DNA of 63,757 nt, counting the filler, from Reticulomyxa filosa (Eukaryota > Protista > Foraminifera), in the NCBI GenBank assembly GCA_000512085.1. It is 19 parts of 19 records of this genome, joined end to end, with 100 filler letters (N's around TTAATTAATTAA, not from the genome) between each part and the next. Parts side by side here need not be neighbours in the genome. Positions count along the whole stretch, not along the records: positions 62,395 to 63,757 come from ASPP01024676.1; 18 more parts are not named here. One strand, written 5' to 3'. The translations under genes were made by a program, and so were the position numbers. Numbering within the stretch: the first letter of the stretch is position 1; each line of letters opens with the position of its first letter. The notes below the pieces were generated by a model. It saw only the letters and a list, made by a program, of their open reading frames with translations, ran no database searches and was not told the origin of the DNA. Below, in pieces: positions 62,395 through 63,757 of the stretch.

Positions 62395-63735
62395 GCGGAG
62401 TTTTGGAAAAATTAATTTGCATGATTGGAGGCAAGTAAACACCTTTAGCATCCAAGTCAGATGGAGTGATGTCACTGTCACCAGCAACAACCTTGTGTTG
62501 TTGAGCACGTTTCTGTAATATTTCATCATGGTGTTCATCAATCCAACTTTTAATTTCCTTATCACGTTCGCAGGCACTAGTAAGAGACGCGCATTTGAAA
62601 ATGGGACGGAATTTGTTTTGAAAATAGTCATGATAACGTCGAATGATGAACAGCAAGGGAATCAAGAAAGCAGCTTCCCAATATGCTTCCTTCAAAATGA
62701 AAAGTCCGATCATCGTAAACTACAGATACACACAAAAAAAAAAAGAGTCACGACATTTTATGTACATAAACATACGTACATATATATAATGTAGTGACTC
62801 TAAACTACAGACAAGTGCATGCCAATGACGATACGATCAAAGATGATAGGAAAGACCATGGCGCCAGTATCGAAATGTGGAATGAAGCAGAATGTCTGTT
62901 GATAGGTATTAATGAGCATAATGAAGGCGAAGTAGATGAAACCAAAGATCCAGATCAAAGGGGTCATAGCGCCATAAGCGAGACAGATGATGAGGATGAG
63001 CATGATCTTGGGATACCTGGTGGAGAACGAAAAGCGATGTCGATCGGATGGGTCGAAGATGAGATCTCCCCAATACCCGGGACGATAGAACTCCAAGGGT
63101 GCCCATATGAGTGCATTGAGGAGTACGTACAGAATAAAGTACGTAGACATCCTAGACAAGCCCTCTGCCAAAATATGGAGCCAGGAAGAAGCAGAGTGTG
63201 CCAAATCATGGACAAATCGATTGATATTATACGAACCAATGCCTGCAAACACGCTGACCAACAAAACCATACAAAGCAAGCAGTCAAAGTATTTGCGCAA
63301 GGTATGCTGTTCGACTTTGGCCAGAGTGGTTTTGTATTGCCACGAGGACAGCGTGCGACAGAGTCCGGGCAAAGAGATGAGCCAGACATCTAAAATCAAC
63401 ACGGCAAACCATGCTTGCACAAATGACATTAGATTTTGACCAAACACCTTTTCGCAATTCCATTTGGTTACGTCGCAAAACGTGTTCAAATTGGCCAATA
63501 CTTGGATCGCAGTCACAGGCACTGACCAAAATAGCAGCATCATCACAAACAATACCATTATGATCACATTCCTCGACCATAGGTCCCTGCGCGAATACTG
63601 CAATGTGTCCCATCGCAGGTTCTTTGCTGCCTCCGCTTTCTCCACTTTCAATGTGCTTAGGCCAAATCGCAATGGCGTTGATATGCACACCGTTGTCGCA
63701 AAGAGACTGTTGAAGCGAACAAATGCTGTCTGCAT
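62395..63735 (-). CDS. OSCA/TMEM63 (CSC1-like) mechanosensitive cation channel, internal/3' part
   Basis: TAFVRF, NLRWDTL, FWSVPV, YPKIMLILIICLAYGAMTPLIWIFGFIYF, DTGAMVFP and MIGLFILKEA. Confidence 0.92.
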
Positions 63736-63757
63736 ATATGCATATTCATTTTTTTCG

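Overview
This is AT-rich, intron-containing eukaryotic DNA, and it is not one locus. It is 19 unordered contigs joined by 18 identical artificial 100-bp spacers (N44-TTAATTAATTAA-N44), so adjacency across a spacer has no meaning. The expanded WD40 and Kelch families, short TA-rich introns and many decayed paralogues suggest a rhizarian amoeba such as the foraminiferan Reticulomyxa filosa; this is inferred and was not verified by search. Recognisable genes, mostly partial: WD40 and Kelch proteins, hotdog acyl-CoA thioesterase, RasGEF, 7TM-RGS, DENN, an RNF213-like RZ-finger E3, RAD54, PAF1, SLX1, an XK-like protein, an acyl-CoA synthetase, a degenerate Hsp70, FrnE/DsbA and OSCA/TMEM63, plus decayed LINE ORF1 copies. 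One GC-rich contig (21751-23026) is alphaproteobacterial (NDUFA12-like gene, tandem NrdR boxes, nrdJ). The top finding is an unannotated ~317-nt minus-strand RNA at 50303-50619. It has a tRNA-like frame (acceptor stem, D arm/A box, T arm/B box) whose anticodon loop is replaced by a ~240-nt multi-domain insert with UUCG and GNRA tetraloops and a pseudoknot, a tmRNA-like architecture in a nuclear context. A second putative structured element lies next to it. All pairings were read by eye; nothing was computed.
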